From: Caldivirga maquilingensis IC-167
GTDB lineage: Archaea > Thermoproteota > Thermoprotei > Thermoproteales > Thermocladiaceae
Length of the DNA: 32,000 bases
Reading direction: 5' to 3'
Assembly (NCBI RefSeq): GCF_000018305.1
Contig: NC_009954.1
Location: 420,001-452,000 of the forward strand
Position numbers and translations under genes: made by a program. Shown here in pieces: positions 1 through 7,937 of this stretch (positions are counted from its first letter, which is position 1; each line of letters begins with the position of its first letter). The notes under the pieces are model-generated. The model saw only the letters and a program-made list of their open reading frames with translations. It was not told the origin of the DNA and made no database searches.

Positions 1-401
1 ATTGAGACGTAGGTCGGAATATCCATAATCATGAAGAGTGATAACGTTGAGGCCGACTTAACAATCCTTGGTTCAAGGGGTAGTGTAGCCAGTAGGCTTC
101 TAACATTATCAATTTGCTGAAGTGAGAAGGCGACGTTTAATAGGGATGAGAAGATTATGAAGAATGAACCAGTTAAAGTCTCTATTAGACTTACACTGGG
201 TCTTTTAAGGGCGTAGGGTATAATACCCATTAGACCCACGTAGAAGCCCATTAATGCGCTTAGTATTATCTTATTAATCCTAGCAGCCCTAACAGCCCTC
301 TCAATGTTCATCGGCCTTAAGCCACTTACCCTAGATGCAGTGTAACCCTGGTACATTAACTCCTTGGATAAAACCGAGGCCAGCCTACGTACACTTACCA
401 T
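1..401 (-). CDS. ABC-2-type transporter permease, N-terminal part (continues past the window start)
   Basis: Absent from the ORF track because it is truncated. Manual minus-strand translation from the ATG at 401-399 stays open to base 3 (133 codons: MVSVRRLASVLSKELMYQGYTASRV...ILSALMGFYVGLMGIIPYAL...LTGSFFIIFSSLLNVAF...). The start overlaps the ATPase stop in a TAATG junction (399-403). It has hydrophobic helices and lies directly downstream of the ABC ATPase. Confidence 0.6.
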   Translation of the reverse strand, partial: MVSVRRLASVLSKELMYQGYTASRVSGLRPMNIERAVRAARINKIILSALMGFYVGLMGIIPYALKRPSVSLIETLTGSFFIIFSSLLNVAFSLQQIDNVRSLLATLPLEPRIVKSASTLSLFMIMDIPTYVS

Positions 402-1147
402 TAAAGACCCTCCAGTATACTTCTAATCTCCTCCTCAGCATGTATAGCCTTCAGGAACGCATCCTCCAATGTGCCTGCATTAGCCTCCTCCTTAATCCTA
501 CCTGGAGTACCCTCAGTAACCAGTACACCATCATTAATTATACCTATCCTACTACACACCCTCTCCGCAACCTCCATTATGTGGGTTGAAAATAATATTG
601 AGCCCCCTGACTCAATATGCCTCTGCATTATCTCCTTAAGTATCCTAACTGACTTTACGTCAAGGAAGTTGAATGGTTCATCAAGAAGCAGGAGCCTTGG
701 CTCATGCATTAACGCAGCCACTATAGCCACCTTCTGCTTATTACCAGCTGATAACGCGGCTATTGGAGTATTAATGTAATCCTTCAATTCAAAGGCCTCC
801 AGAAGCGCCTCAACCCTCCTAGCATTGAATGTACCTCTAACAGATCCAAGGAACTCAAGGAACTCCTTCACAGTTAATGCCTCTAAGACAGCTGGAGTCT
901 CCATAACAACCCCCACGTGATTCATGACCACTGGTGAAGGGGGGCCGAGGCCAAGTACATCTATTAAACCCTCATACTTAACTAAACCTAATACAGCCTT
1001 TATCGTTGATGTCTTACCGGCTCCATTAGGGCCTAGGAGACAGTAGACTTCACCATTATTCACAGTGAAGCTTATACCCTTAACGGCGGTTTTTTCACCA
1101 TACTTAACCACAAGCTTCTCAACTTTAAGTACATCATTATTACTCAT
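401..1147 (-). CDS. ABC transporter ATP-binding protein (ABC-2/exporter type)
   Basis: Walker A GPNGAGKTST, ABC signature LSAGNKQKV, Walker B LLLLDEP and an H-loop STH. Length 248 aa. Confidence 0.95.
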   Translation of the reverse strand: MSNNDVLKVEKLVVKYGEKTAVKGISFTVNNGEVYCLLGPNGAGKTSTIKAVLGLVKYEGLIDVLGLGPPSPVVMNHVGVVMETPAVLEALTVKEFLEFLGSVRGTFNARRVEALLEAFELKDYINTPIAALSAGNKQKVAIVAALMHEPRLLLLDEPFNFLDVKSVRILKEIMQRHIESGGSILFSTHIMEVAERVCSRIGIINDGVLVTEGTPGRIKEEANAGTLEDAFLKAIHAEEEIRSILEGL

Positions 1148-1170
1148 TAAATATGCGACTTGAATTAAGT

Positions 1171-1180
1171 CTTAAAAACT
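1171..1180. promoter_or_regulatory. Candidate TATA box (CTTAAAAACT) for the ABC operon, possibly once shared with the MFS gene
   Basis: This AT-rich box is centred about 28 nt upstream of the ABC ATPase ATG (1147, minus strand). That is the same spacing seen at other genes in the window. Confidence 0.4.
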
Positions 1181-1198
1181 TAACTCACTGAAGACTAG

Positions 1199-2513
1199 GC
1201 GTAAGGTATTTGACTTAAAAATAAGCCTCAGCGTGGTTTATAGATTTTGTGCAGGAAATCTTGTCTTTCTGAGGTGGGGGTGAATGCGTAAGGTTTTTTA
1301 AAATCTGTGCAAAAATAATCTTAATGCCCACCTTGGGGTTTCGTTTTAGAGCTTACACTAGTGAATTAACGTTGAGGGCGTTAAAAGCCCAGTTGAAGTT
1401 AGCGTGTGAGATATATAATACCCTAAGGTGGGCAGACATCTACTTCTACCATAGGGATGGGGAGGGTTTAACACAAACTGAGTTAAGGCAACTGGCGTTA
1501 GATCTCAGGAAACAGGACGATGAATATAAGCAACTATATTCTCAGGTAGTTCAACAGATTGCTGACCGTTACTATGACGCAAGGAGCCGTTTCTTCAAAG
1601 ACCTGGCGAGATTCCCCAGGGAGAAGAAGCCGCATAAGTACTATTCCCTAGTGTATTCTCAGTATGGCTGGAGGATAATCTCAGAGAGGGAGGTGAGGAC
1701 AAGGAGCAAACATAGGGAGAGGTTACTCACACTAAGACTCAGTAATCTCGGCGTGTTTAAGGTTCTTGTGCATAGGGACTTCCCATTAGATGAGGTGAAG
1801 AGGGTGGCTGTTAAACTGACTCCATCAGAAAGAGTTTTCATAACTTTTATCGTCGAGAACGTTGCATTAGATGTAGGTATTGAGAAGATGTTAACGTCCA
1901 GTGATGGGTGGTTTATTGAGAACTTGAAACCTTACGAGAAGGCATTAAACAGGCTCAGAAGACTGCATAGAGCTCTCTCGAGAAAGAAGTTCCTCTCTCA
2001 TAATTGGCAGAAAACCAAGGTGAGGCTTGCGAAGGCTTACGAACACTTGAGGAATCTGAGGAGAGATATTGCATTCAAATCAGGTGCCTTCCTAGCTAGG
2101 CACTACGACGTTGTTGTGATGGAGAATATTAACGTGAAGAAATTAGTGGGGGAATCAGTCAGAAAACTGAGGATGAGGCTACTTGACGTTGGTTTTCACG
2201 AACTAAGAGAAATAATACGCTACCAGGTGGAGAAGTATGGTAAAGAATTTAGGACAGCAAACCCAGCGTATACTTCGAAAACATGTGCTAAGTGTAGTTA
2301 CGTTAAAAAGGACTTAACTTTAAAGGACCGCGTGTTTATCTGCCCCAAATGCGGTTGGACAGCCGACCACGACTTTAACGCCTCCCTTAACCTCTTGAGA
2401 AATGCGGGGTGGGAGCCACCCAAAGCGCCTGCTGAACCCCACCCCCTACCCCTATTGGGGCAAGGCGGGGCAATGAAGCAGGAAACCCCACCCATTAGGG
2501 TGAGGTAGCTCAC
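1199..2513 (+). mobile_element. IS200/IS605-family, tnpB-only (IS1341-type) insertion sequence, copy 1. The left boundary is uncertain (about 1186-1202).
   Basis: It contains an intact tnpB. The left-end region has nested inverted repeats CCTCAG(1226-1231)/CTGAGG(1269-1274) enclosing AGATTT(1242-1247)/AAATCT(1256-1261), plus a direct repeat GCGTAAGGT-TTT (1199-1211 and 1286-1298). The right end aligns with the right end of copy 2 (GGAAACCCCACCC followed by about 20 nt) and terminates at 2513. Confidence 0.7.
1324..2508 (+). CDS. tnpB: TnpB-like RNA-guided endonuclease (IS200/IS605 OrfB)
   Basis: C-terminal hallmark [10 protein letters not shown]...FICPKCG (CxxC...CxxC zinc finger) followed by [12 protein letters not shown] (RuvC-III). 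Upstream candidate RuvC Asp (ALDVGIEK) and Glu (VVMENINV). Length 394 aa. Confidence 0.9.
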   Translation: MPTLGFRFRAYTSELTLRALKAQLKLACEIYNTLRWADIYFYHRDGEGLTQTELRQLALDLRKQDDEYKQLYSQVVQQIADRYYDARSRFFKDLARFPREKKPHKYYSLVYSQYGWRIISEREVRTRSKHRERLLTLRLSNLGVFKVLVHRDFPLDEVKRVAVKLTPSERVFITFIVENVALDVGIEKMLTSSDGWFIENLKPYEKALNRLRRLHRALSRKKFLSHNWQKTKVRLAKAYEHLRNLRRDIAFKSGAFLARHYDVVVMENINVKKLVGESVRKLRMRLLDVGFHELREIIRYQVEKYGKEFRTANPAYTSKTCAKCSYVKKDLTLKDRVFICPKCGWTADHDFNASLNLLRNAGWEPPKAPAEPHPLPLLGQGGAMKQETPPIRVR

Positions 2514-2533
2514 ATGGAGTCTATAAGAGTCAT
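2400..2533 (+). ncRNA. Putative omega-RNA (right-end RNA) of IS copy 1: scaffold over the tnpB 3' end plus about 20 nt of flank-derived guide
   Basis: Blocks GCGGGGTGGGAG (2404-2415) and GGAAACCCCACCC (2481-2493) are shared with copy 2 and can pair (GGGTGGG/CCCACCC). The position at the tnpB 3' end and right end matches known TnpB systems. The extent is a guess. Confidence 0.4.
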
Positions 2534-3917
2534 GAGGGTGCTCATATTATTCACCACTTCATTAGCCGCGTTTCAAACCCCCTTCAATTCAACAGTCCTA
2601 TCCTTCATAGTTCCTGTACTTGGTAAATACTTCCACGCCTCATTGTACACGCTGGTTTACGTGCCTGTGGTTTACTTAATACCATTACCGACATTAATGG
2701 TGCTACTGGGTAGGATTGCTGATATTTACGGTAGAGAGAGAGTCTTCAGGATTGGTTTCGCATTATTCATAGTGGGTTCACTTATGGGTGCTTTTTCACC
2801 AAGCATCTATGTTTTAATAGCATCATCATTAGTGATGGGGCTTGGGTCATCAATACTATCACCAAGCTCCACAGCCATAGTTAGCCAAGTCTTCCCAGAG
2901 GGTGAGAGGGGGTTTGCCTTAGGTATTAACGCAATGGCCGTCTACATGGGCTTAACCTCAGCACCATTCCTAGGTGGGTTAATTACCCAATTCCTCGGCT
3001 GGAGATTCGTATTACTGGTTACCACATTACTCTCAGTAATTGGCTTAGCGGTATCATTCGTATCCATGAGGGGTATTGACTTACCTAGACGCGGCATCCC
3101 CATTGATGCAGCTGGCGCAGCCTCATTCTCAATAGCCCTCCTCTCAATAGTAATATTCATGATACTGGCGGCCACGGGTGATTGGTTAAATTACCTTTAC
3201 CTACCAGTAATTAGTGCGGCTTCATTTGCTTTATTCATAGTGATCGAGGGGAGGGTTAAGGATCCTATGCTTAACTTAAGCTTATTCACCCGTAACATAT
3301 CATTCATGGCTGGTAACGTGACTGCTTTACTAAACTACATAAGCACGTACTCGGTACCATTCCTGTTCTCACTCTACCTACAGTCAATACTCGGCTACAC
3401 ACCCTTTGAGGCAGGCCTAATACTAATCCCTGAACCAGTATTCATGGTAATACTCTCACCCATTAGTGGTAGACTCTCCGATATCTATGGTTCAAGGGAA
3501 GTGGCTGCATTGGGAATGGGGCTCATAGGCTTAGCGTTCATAATGCTACTTATCCTTAACCTAAGGAGTGTAGTTAACGTGGTACTGGCTTTATCGGTAT
3601 TAGGCGTAGGCTTCGGCTTCTTCTCAGCACCCAACACTAACTCAGTAATGGGCTCAATAACACGGGATAAGTACGGTGTGGCATCGGGGGTATTGGGTAC
3701 CATGAGGTTCACCGGCCAATTACTAAGCATAACCCTAGCCAGCGCGATACTGGCTAAGTACCTGGGTAAGTACACTGCATTATACCTATTCACTGGAGTA
3801 CCATTAATGAGCACTATAGTGTATGGTTTATTCACAGCGGGGTTGAGGATAATGTTCATCATAGCTGCTGCATTAAGCTTCATAGGTGCATACACGTCAC
3901 TACTTCGTGAAAGGTAA
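2514..3917 (+). CDS. MFS transporter, DHA2-like (drug:H+ antiporter type, about 14 TM)
   Basis: The protein is hydrophobic throughout. The N-terminus aligns with the DHA2 pattern, and LGRIADIYGRERVFRIG matches MFS motif A. Length 467 aa. Confidence 0.88.
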   Translation: MESIRVMRVLILFTTSLAAFQTPFNSTVLSFIVPVLGKYFHASLYTLVYVPVVYLIPLPTLMVLLGRIADIYGRERVFRIGFALFIVGSLMGAFSPSIYVLIASSLVMGLGSSILSPSSTAIVSQVFPEGERGFALGINAMAVYMGLTSAPFLGGLITQFLGWRFVLLVTTLLSVIGLAVSFVSMRGIDLPRRGIPIDAAGAASFSIALLSIVIFMILAATGDWLNYLYLPVISAASFALFIVIEGRVKDPMLNLSLFTRNISFMAGNVTALLNYISTYSVPFLFSLYLQSILGYTPFEAGLILIPEPVFMVILSPISGRLSDIYGSREVAALGMGLIGLAFIMLLILNLRSVVNVVLALSVLGVGFGFFSAPNTNSVMGSITRDKYGVASGVLGTMRFTGQLLSITLASAILAKYLGKYTALYLFTGVPLMSTIVYGLFTAGLRIMFIIAAALSFIGAYTSLLRER

Positions 3918-3980
3918 ATGCATGCTTATGCTTAACTACAGGAAATGGAAAGATGAGTAATGAGTAGATGAAGGCACTGG

Positions 3981-4065
3981 TGCGGGGGGTGGGATTTGAA
4001 CCCACGCAGGCCTACGCCAACGGATCTTGAGTCCGCCCCCTTTGACCAGGCTCGGGCACCCCCGC
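3981..4065 (-). tRNA. tRNA-Leu (anticodon CAA), class II with long variable arm, no intron; CCA encoded at 3978-3980
   Basis: Minus-strand sequence GCGGGGG-TG-CCCGAGCCTGGTCAAAGGGG-GCGGA-CTCAAGA-TCCGT-TGGCGTAGGCCTGC-GTGGG-TTCAAAT-CCCAC-CCCCCGC-A-CCA. The 7-bp acceptor stem, 5-bp anticodon stem and T-arm GTGGG/CCCAC all pair. Confidence 0.92.
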
Positions 4066-4088
4066 CATTAGGTAATGCACTATTGGGG

Positions 4089-4096
4089 CTTTTAAA
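4089..4096 (-). promoter_or_regulatory. TATA box for tRNA-Leu
   Basis: Minus strand reads AAGTTTAAAAGC. The box is centred about 27 nt upstream of the tRNA 5' end (4065). Confidence 0.5.
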
Positions 4097-4280
4097 CTTT
4101 CACGATCTAGAGGCCATTAACCATTTTTAACCTGAATAATTCTATTCCACATATGAGGGATTTTAATTCAAATCCCAACTGGTTTACTGTAACCCTTCTA
4201 TTATCTAAATACTAAATAATGCTCGCTGCGACTTATAACGCACTTAAAAGGTTTAAGGCAAGGAGGAGATTAGTGGAGAG

Positions 4281-4289
4281 TTTATATAA
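4281..4289 (+). promoter_or_regulatory. TATA box (TTTATATAA) for the PaREP1 gene
   Basis: Centre is about 27 nt upstream of the ATG at 4312, implying a leaderless transcript. Confidence 0.5.
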
Positions 4290-4311
4290 TGAAGTGTAGT
4301 GTAATTTAATC

Positions 4312-4785
4312 ATGAGTAGTATTGAGGAGCTGATTAAGAAGTTAACCAGCAGGGGGATTGATGTCACTGAGTTACTGCTTGATGCCCTCAGCATGCAGGA
4401 TCCTGAGGAGAGCATGAGGGAGAGAATTGCCGTGGCTGAGAAATACCTAAGTGAGGCGAAGCAATACATTGATAAGGGTGATGCTGTTCAAGCCAGTGAG
4501 AAAGCCTATAAGGCTGCTGAGGAGGTTATTAAGGCCCTTGCCGAGAAGCATAGGACCCCAGAGTACCAGGAGTTTCTAAGGGAAGGTAGATGGTATACCT
4601 ACATGCTTGGCATGGCTAGCAAGACCTTAACTAAGGAGTTAGGCTATTGGGTACTTGATGGCTGGAACACCGCATACGACCTACACGTATGGGGTTTCCA
4701 TGAAGGAAAATACACAATCAATCATGTGAAGGTAAGCATTATGAAAATAGAGGAAATAATCAAGGAAGCTAAAAAGCTGTTCTAA
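4312..4785 (+). CDS. PaREP1-family protein (archaeal, HEPN-like helical domain)
   Basis: The pattern ...AEKYLSEAKQYIDKGDAVQASEKAYKAAEEVIKALAEKH...GRW...LDGWNTAYDLHVWGFHEG matches my recollection of PaREP1 family proteins from Pyrobaculum and other Thermoproteales. Length 157 aa. Confidence 0.7.
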   Translation: MSSIEELIKKLTSRGIDVTELLLDALSMQDPEESMRERIAVAEKYLSEAKQYIDKGDAVQASEKAYKAAEEVIKALAEKHRTPEYQEFLREGRWYTYMLGMASKTLTKELGYWVLDGWNTAYDLHVWGFHEGKYTINHVKVSIMKIEEIIKEAKKLF

Positions 4786-5004
4786 CTACTCCTCCACAAG
4801 ATACCCATTTCAGTCATTAGAAACATAGTCACAATAATATACTTAAGATCTCATTATTTATGGTTTGTGTTTATTCATTGGGTTTATCATGGTTTGTATT
4901 TCACTTAAAGGGTTGTATTGAATAATCATTAATGAATGTTATGGGTTGGGGATTAAAGATGAAGGAGAGGTGGGTTTTTAATTAATATTATTATTAATTC
5001 ATCC

Positions 5005-7437
5005 TCATCTTCTTCTTAATGCTATTACAGCAGCCACTACTGCTATGACTATTACTATTATTACTATTCCTGCTATTAGTGCTGTTGATATTACTGGTTT
5101 TGTGACTGTTACTGTGGATACGGCTGTGGTTGTTGCTGTGCTAGTCACTGTTGATACTGCTGTACTGGTTACTGTGCTTGTAACAGTGCTAACGGCAGTA
5201 GTGGTTGAGGTAACGGTACTAGTTGTTGTTGAAGTAGTCGTTGAAGTAGTAGTCACTGGTGTAGTAGTCGTAGTGGTTGTGGTTGAAGTAGTGGTTGATA
5301 CTGGAGTATACGGTATATGGAAGTACGATGCCACAACCTCCTGCAGAGTAGGATCAGGAGTAGGTAAACCAATGAAGACAGCCCACTGATGCAGATACGG
5401 ATTAGTCCAAAGACTACCATTAGCTATAGCTTGAGCAATGGGGGGTACAGTACCAGGTGGTGTTACAAGGCCTAGAATAACCATTGGCGCAAAGCCCATT
5501 GGAGACCACCCGGTGGTAAAGCCCCATACTGTGTAGTATGGTATTGATAATGCAACTAACCATGGGTAGTTATTGAGTATGTATGGTTGATACAACCATA
5601 ATGGATCCATGGCATTCTTAGCGTACTCAAGTGATTGAATCTTGTATCCAATTGGCATTACTGGTACCCAGTAGTGATACCATGCGAAGATAACTTCTAT
5701 TAATGTATCGTAGTCTGATGTACCTGGGTAGGCTTGATCGAATGCCCAGGCCCAATTAGTTAAGTTAATGTAGCCGGATGTTGAGTTAATGCACCAGACA
5801 ATGGTCGCGTTAAGCGTTGGTATATCACCATATGGATTGTGAATATACGGCATATTCACTGGTGTGCATGTTCCATTAGGCCACTGGAATAGCCACGCTT
5901 TAGATGTATTAAATGTTGAGATGGCCCAGAATGGCCAACTTAAGAATGACCAAGCTGAGTAGTATGATTCAAGGTGATATGTCACCCACATAATAGCAGC
6001 CTCATACTCACCACTGGAGAAGGTAGAACTCCAAAATACACCAGTATCCTGCCCTATTAGGCTTGTTTTAATGCCGAATTCTGATAATTGCTCAGCAGCC
6101 ACACTAATCATGGTCATCCAATCAGTCTCACCAGAGGGGCCGATTATTGTTAGTGTTAGTGGTGTTGCATTGGGTAGATACCATTGACCATGCTTATAGG
6201 TTAAGCCGTATGACTCAAGGATTTTAACAGCCTCACTTGTATTATATGAGCATGGTATTAGGAACTGCCTAATGCTGGATGGAAACTCATTAACAATGTA
6301 TGGTTCTATGGGTTCTGGATAGTAATCTGGGTAGTTTAATCCCCATGCAGCCACAACTGTACTCCTATTAATAACATCACATAAGGCCTCCCTAACCTGA
6401 GGAATATTCCATGGGTAAGTATTAGGCTCTACTGCTATTCCAAAGGCAGTATAGTCAGGCCATAGGTATACGCCTACACCGCTCTTATTAAGAACAGCAA
6501 CCTGCTGCTCTGATAATGCTACACCACCCCATGTAACCTTACCGGCGAGGAAGGCACTCATTGCCTGAGTATTACCGCCGAGGAAGAATGCTATTAATGT
6601 TGGGTTATAGTATTGCCAAGCATGGAATGGGAATACTTTACTCCAAGTAGCTAGTAATGGAACGCCATTAAAGTAATCAGGCTCCAATGCAACATCAATA
6701 TATGTTGGACTTATGTACGTTAAGTAGTATGGATTTAAGCCCCAATAAGGTGGTGCATACTCCGTTATATTCTTCTGTCCAAAGGTATAAGCCTCACTGG
6801 TGTTCATTGCCTTTAATGCATCCACTATTGGTTTCCATACAGGGTATGGTGTTTCAATCATACCTGTGATCAAGTATATCCACTCTGTTGGGCTCCATTT
6901 CTGGAATAGGAATTGAATAGTGTAATTATTGATTACTCTAACATCATCATCAGCGTACTGAGGCTGCATGTATGGCCAATACCAGCTAAACGCCTTAACA
7001 GCAATATAGTACTGTGCGTACACGTCCCATGCCGTGAAAGGCATTACCGCTGAACCATTAAACCAGTATAAGCCAGGCCTAAGATAAATAGTCAAAATAC
7101 CTGATCCATTAGGGAGAACTTGAATAGTCCAATTCTCAGCAAGAATAGGCCAGAATTGACCAGTAAATGGATTATAGAACGCCAAGGGAAGCCACGTACT
7201 AACAGAACCCAGTAGATTACTGGGTACATAAGGATTGTATACAGGTATTCCAGGGGTATATATAAGCGTACTTGGGATTGCATTAATAAGTTGTGGTGCT
7301 GATGCTGCATAAGTTACAACATTGAATATTACCATCACTGCTATTGATATTATTAATACGTACTTAACTGCATTCCTATTCATATTTGATCTGAGTTCAT
7401 GCATGATCGCCCAAGGTATAAAAGTTTTACTGTACAT
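5005..7437 (-). CDS. Extracellular solute-binding protein (ABC family 5, oligopeptide/sugar type) with Thr/Ser-rich stalk and C-terminal membrane anchor
   Basis: N-terminal hydrophobic signal/anchor (VLIISIAVMVIFNVV). Family-5 SBP block IYLRPGLYWFNGSAVMPFTAWDVYAQY. A 67-aa T/S/V stalk is followed by the TM segment IAGIVIIVIVIAVVAAVIAL and RRR. The true start may be an internal Met. Confidence 0.82.
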   Translation of the reverse strand: MYSKTFIPWAIMHELRSNMNRNAVKYVLIISIAVMVIFNVVTYAASAPQLINAIPSTLIYTPGIPVYNPYVPSNLLGSVSTWLPLAFYNPFTGQFWPILAENWTIQVLPNGSGILTIYLRPGLYWFNGSAVMPFTAWDVYAQYYIAVKAFSWYWPYMQPQYADDDVRVINNYTIQFLFQKWSPTEWIYLITGMIETPYPVWKPIVDALKAMNTSEAYTFGQKNITEYAPPYWGLNPYYLTYISPTYIDVALEPDYFNGVPLLATWSKVFPFHAWQYYNPTLIAFFLGGNTQAMSAFLAGKVTWGGVALSEQQVAVLNKSGVGVYLWPDYTAFGIAVEPNTYPWNIPQVREALCDVINRSTVVAAWGLNYPDYYPEPIEPYIVNEFPSSIRQFLIPCSYNTSEAVKILESYGLTYKHGQWYLPNATPLTLTIIGPSGETDWMTMISVAAEQLSEFGIKTSLIGQDTGVFWSSTFSSGEYEAAIMWVTYHLESYYSAWSFLSWPFWAISTFNTSKAWLFQWPNGTCTPVNMPYIHNPYGDIPTLNATIVWCINSTSGYINLTNWAWAFDQAYPGTSDYDTLIEVIFAWYHYWVPVMPIGYKIQSLEYAKNAMDPLWLYQPYILNNYPWLVALSIPYYTVWGFTTGWSPMGFAPMVILGLVTPPGTVPPIAQAIANGSLWTNPYLHQWAVFIGLPTPDPTLQEVVASYFHIPYTPVSTTTSTTTTTTTTPVTTTSTTTSTTTSTVTSTTTAVSTVTSTVTSTAVSTVTSTATTTAVSTVTVTKPVISTALIAGIVIIVIVIAVVAAVIALRRR
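5101..5301. repeat. Low-complexity coding repeat (ACN/AGY/GTN codons) encoding the Thr/Ser/Val stalk of the SBP
   Basis: Encodes VSTTTSTTTTTTTTPVTTTSTTTSTTTSTVTSTTTAVSTVTSTVTSTAVSTVTSTATTTAVSTVTVT. This is typical of O-glycosylated linkers in crenarchaeal surface proteins. Confidence 0.85.
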
Positions 7438-7910
7438 GTAGTTATGTTATAATGCCGTATACTTCACTGCCTTCTGATTGAGCTGCTTCAAAGTTAGATT
7501 AATGCATCTGGATGTTGAATTAACGCATGTAGCAATGGGACCATTCGGTATAGGTGATGTAGTAATCATTACAAGTTAACAGTTCCATCCAGTTATCTGG
7601 CTATTACCTAATAATAGGCCGTATAAATGGCCAAGGCTTAGAGAAGTTAAATGAACCAAGTAACATAGAATTAATGGATTAAGCCGAACCACTAATTATG
7701 TTAACCTGGTTCTTAATCTAGGTACTGGCAATGCATTATACAGTGTTGATAAAAACATGAAGTACTAAGAACCACCTATGGGTTACTTTAATCAACCTAG
7801 GAGTGTTAATGCACGTTAATTACTGGGAAGCTAGGTGTTAGTAAAGTTGCATTACTACATGAATTAAGAAGCATTATATGTAAGTTGATGGTTAAGGAAC
7901 TTATCAATGC

Positions 7911-7918
7911 TTTTAAAC
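7911..7918 (+). promoter_or_regulatory. TATA box (TTTTAAAC) for the fucosidase gene
   Basis: Begins 27 nt upstream of the ATG at 7938. Confidence 0.5.
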
Positions 7919-7937
7919 TCATGTATTCCTTAGCATT

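Noticed and set aside
335-779. Plus-strand ORFs 335-589 and 471-779
   Set aside because: Both lie entirely antisense to the well-supported ABC ATPase and permease genes and have no motifs.
2942-3895. Minus-strand ORFs 2942-3175 and 3485-3895 inside the MFS gene
   Set aside because: They are antisense to a strongly supported membrane-protein ORF and their composition mirrors it.
3981-4065. tRNA-Leu as the attachment site of an integrated element
   Set aside because: I saw no direct repeat of the tRNA 3' half elsewhere in the window, and there is no integrase gene.
4930-4985. GAGGTGGGTTTTT resembles the reverse complement of the IS right-end block GGAAACCCCACCC (possible solo right end or MITE)
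   Set aside because: The similarity is limited to about 8 nt and the surrounding sequence does not align with either IS end.
5045-5389. 114-aa plus-strand ORF rich in Val (VVVAVLVTVDTAV...)
   Set aside because: It is the antisense reading of the Thr/Ser stalk codons of the SBP gene (ACN/AGY read backwards give GTN and similar). It is a low-complexity artefact.
7438-7937. Recurrent TTAA(T/C)GCA(T/C) motif (7499-7507, 7520-7528, 7806-7814) in the long divergent intergenic region
   Set aside because: Very similar strings also occur in many coding and other intergenic places (for example near 9801, 25270 and 29776). It is probably compositional and cannot be tested without statistics.
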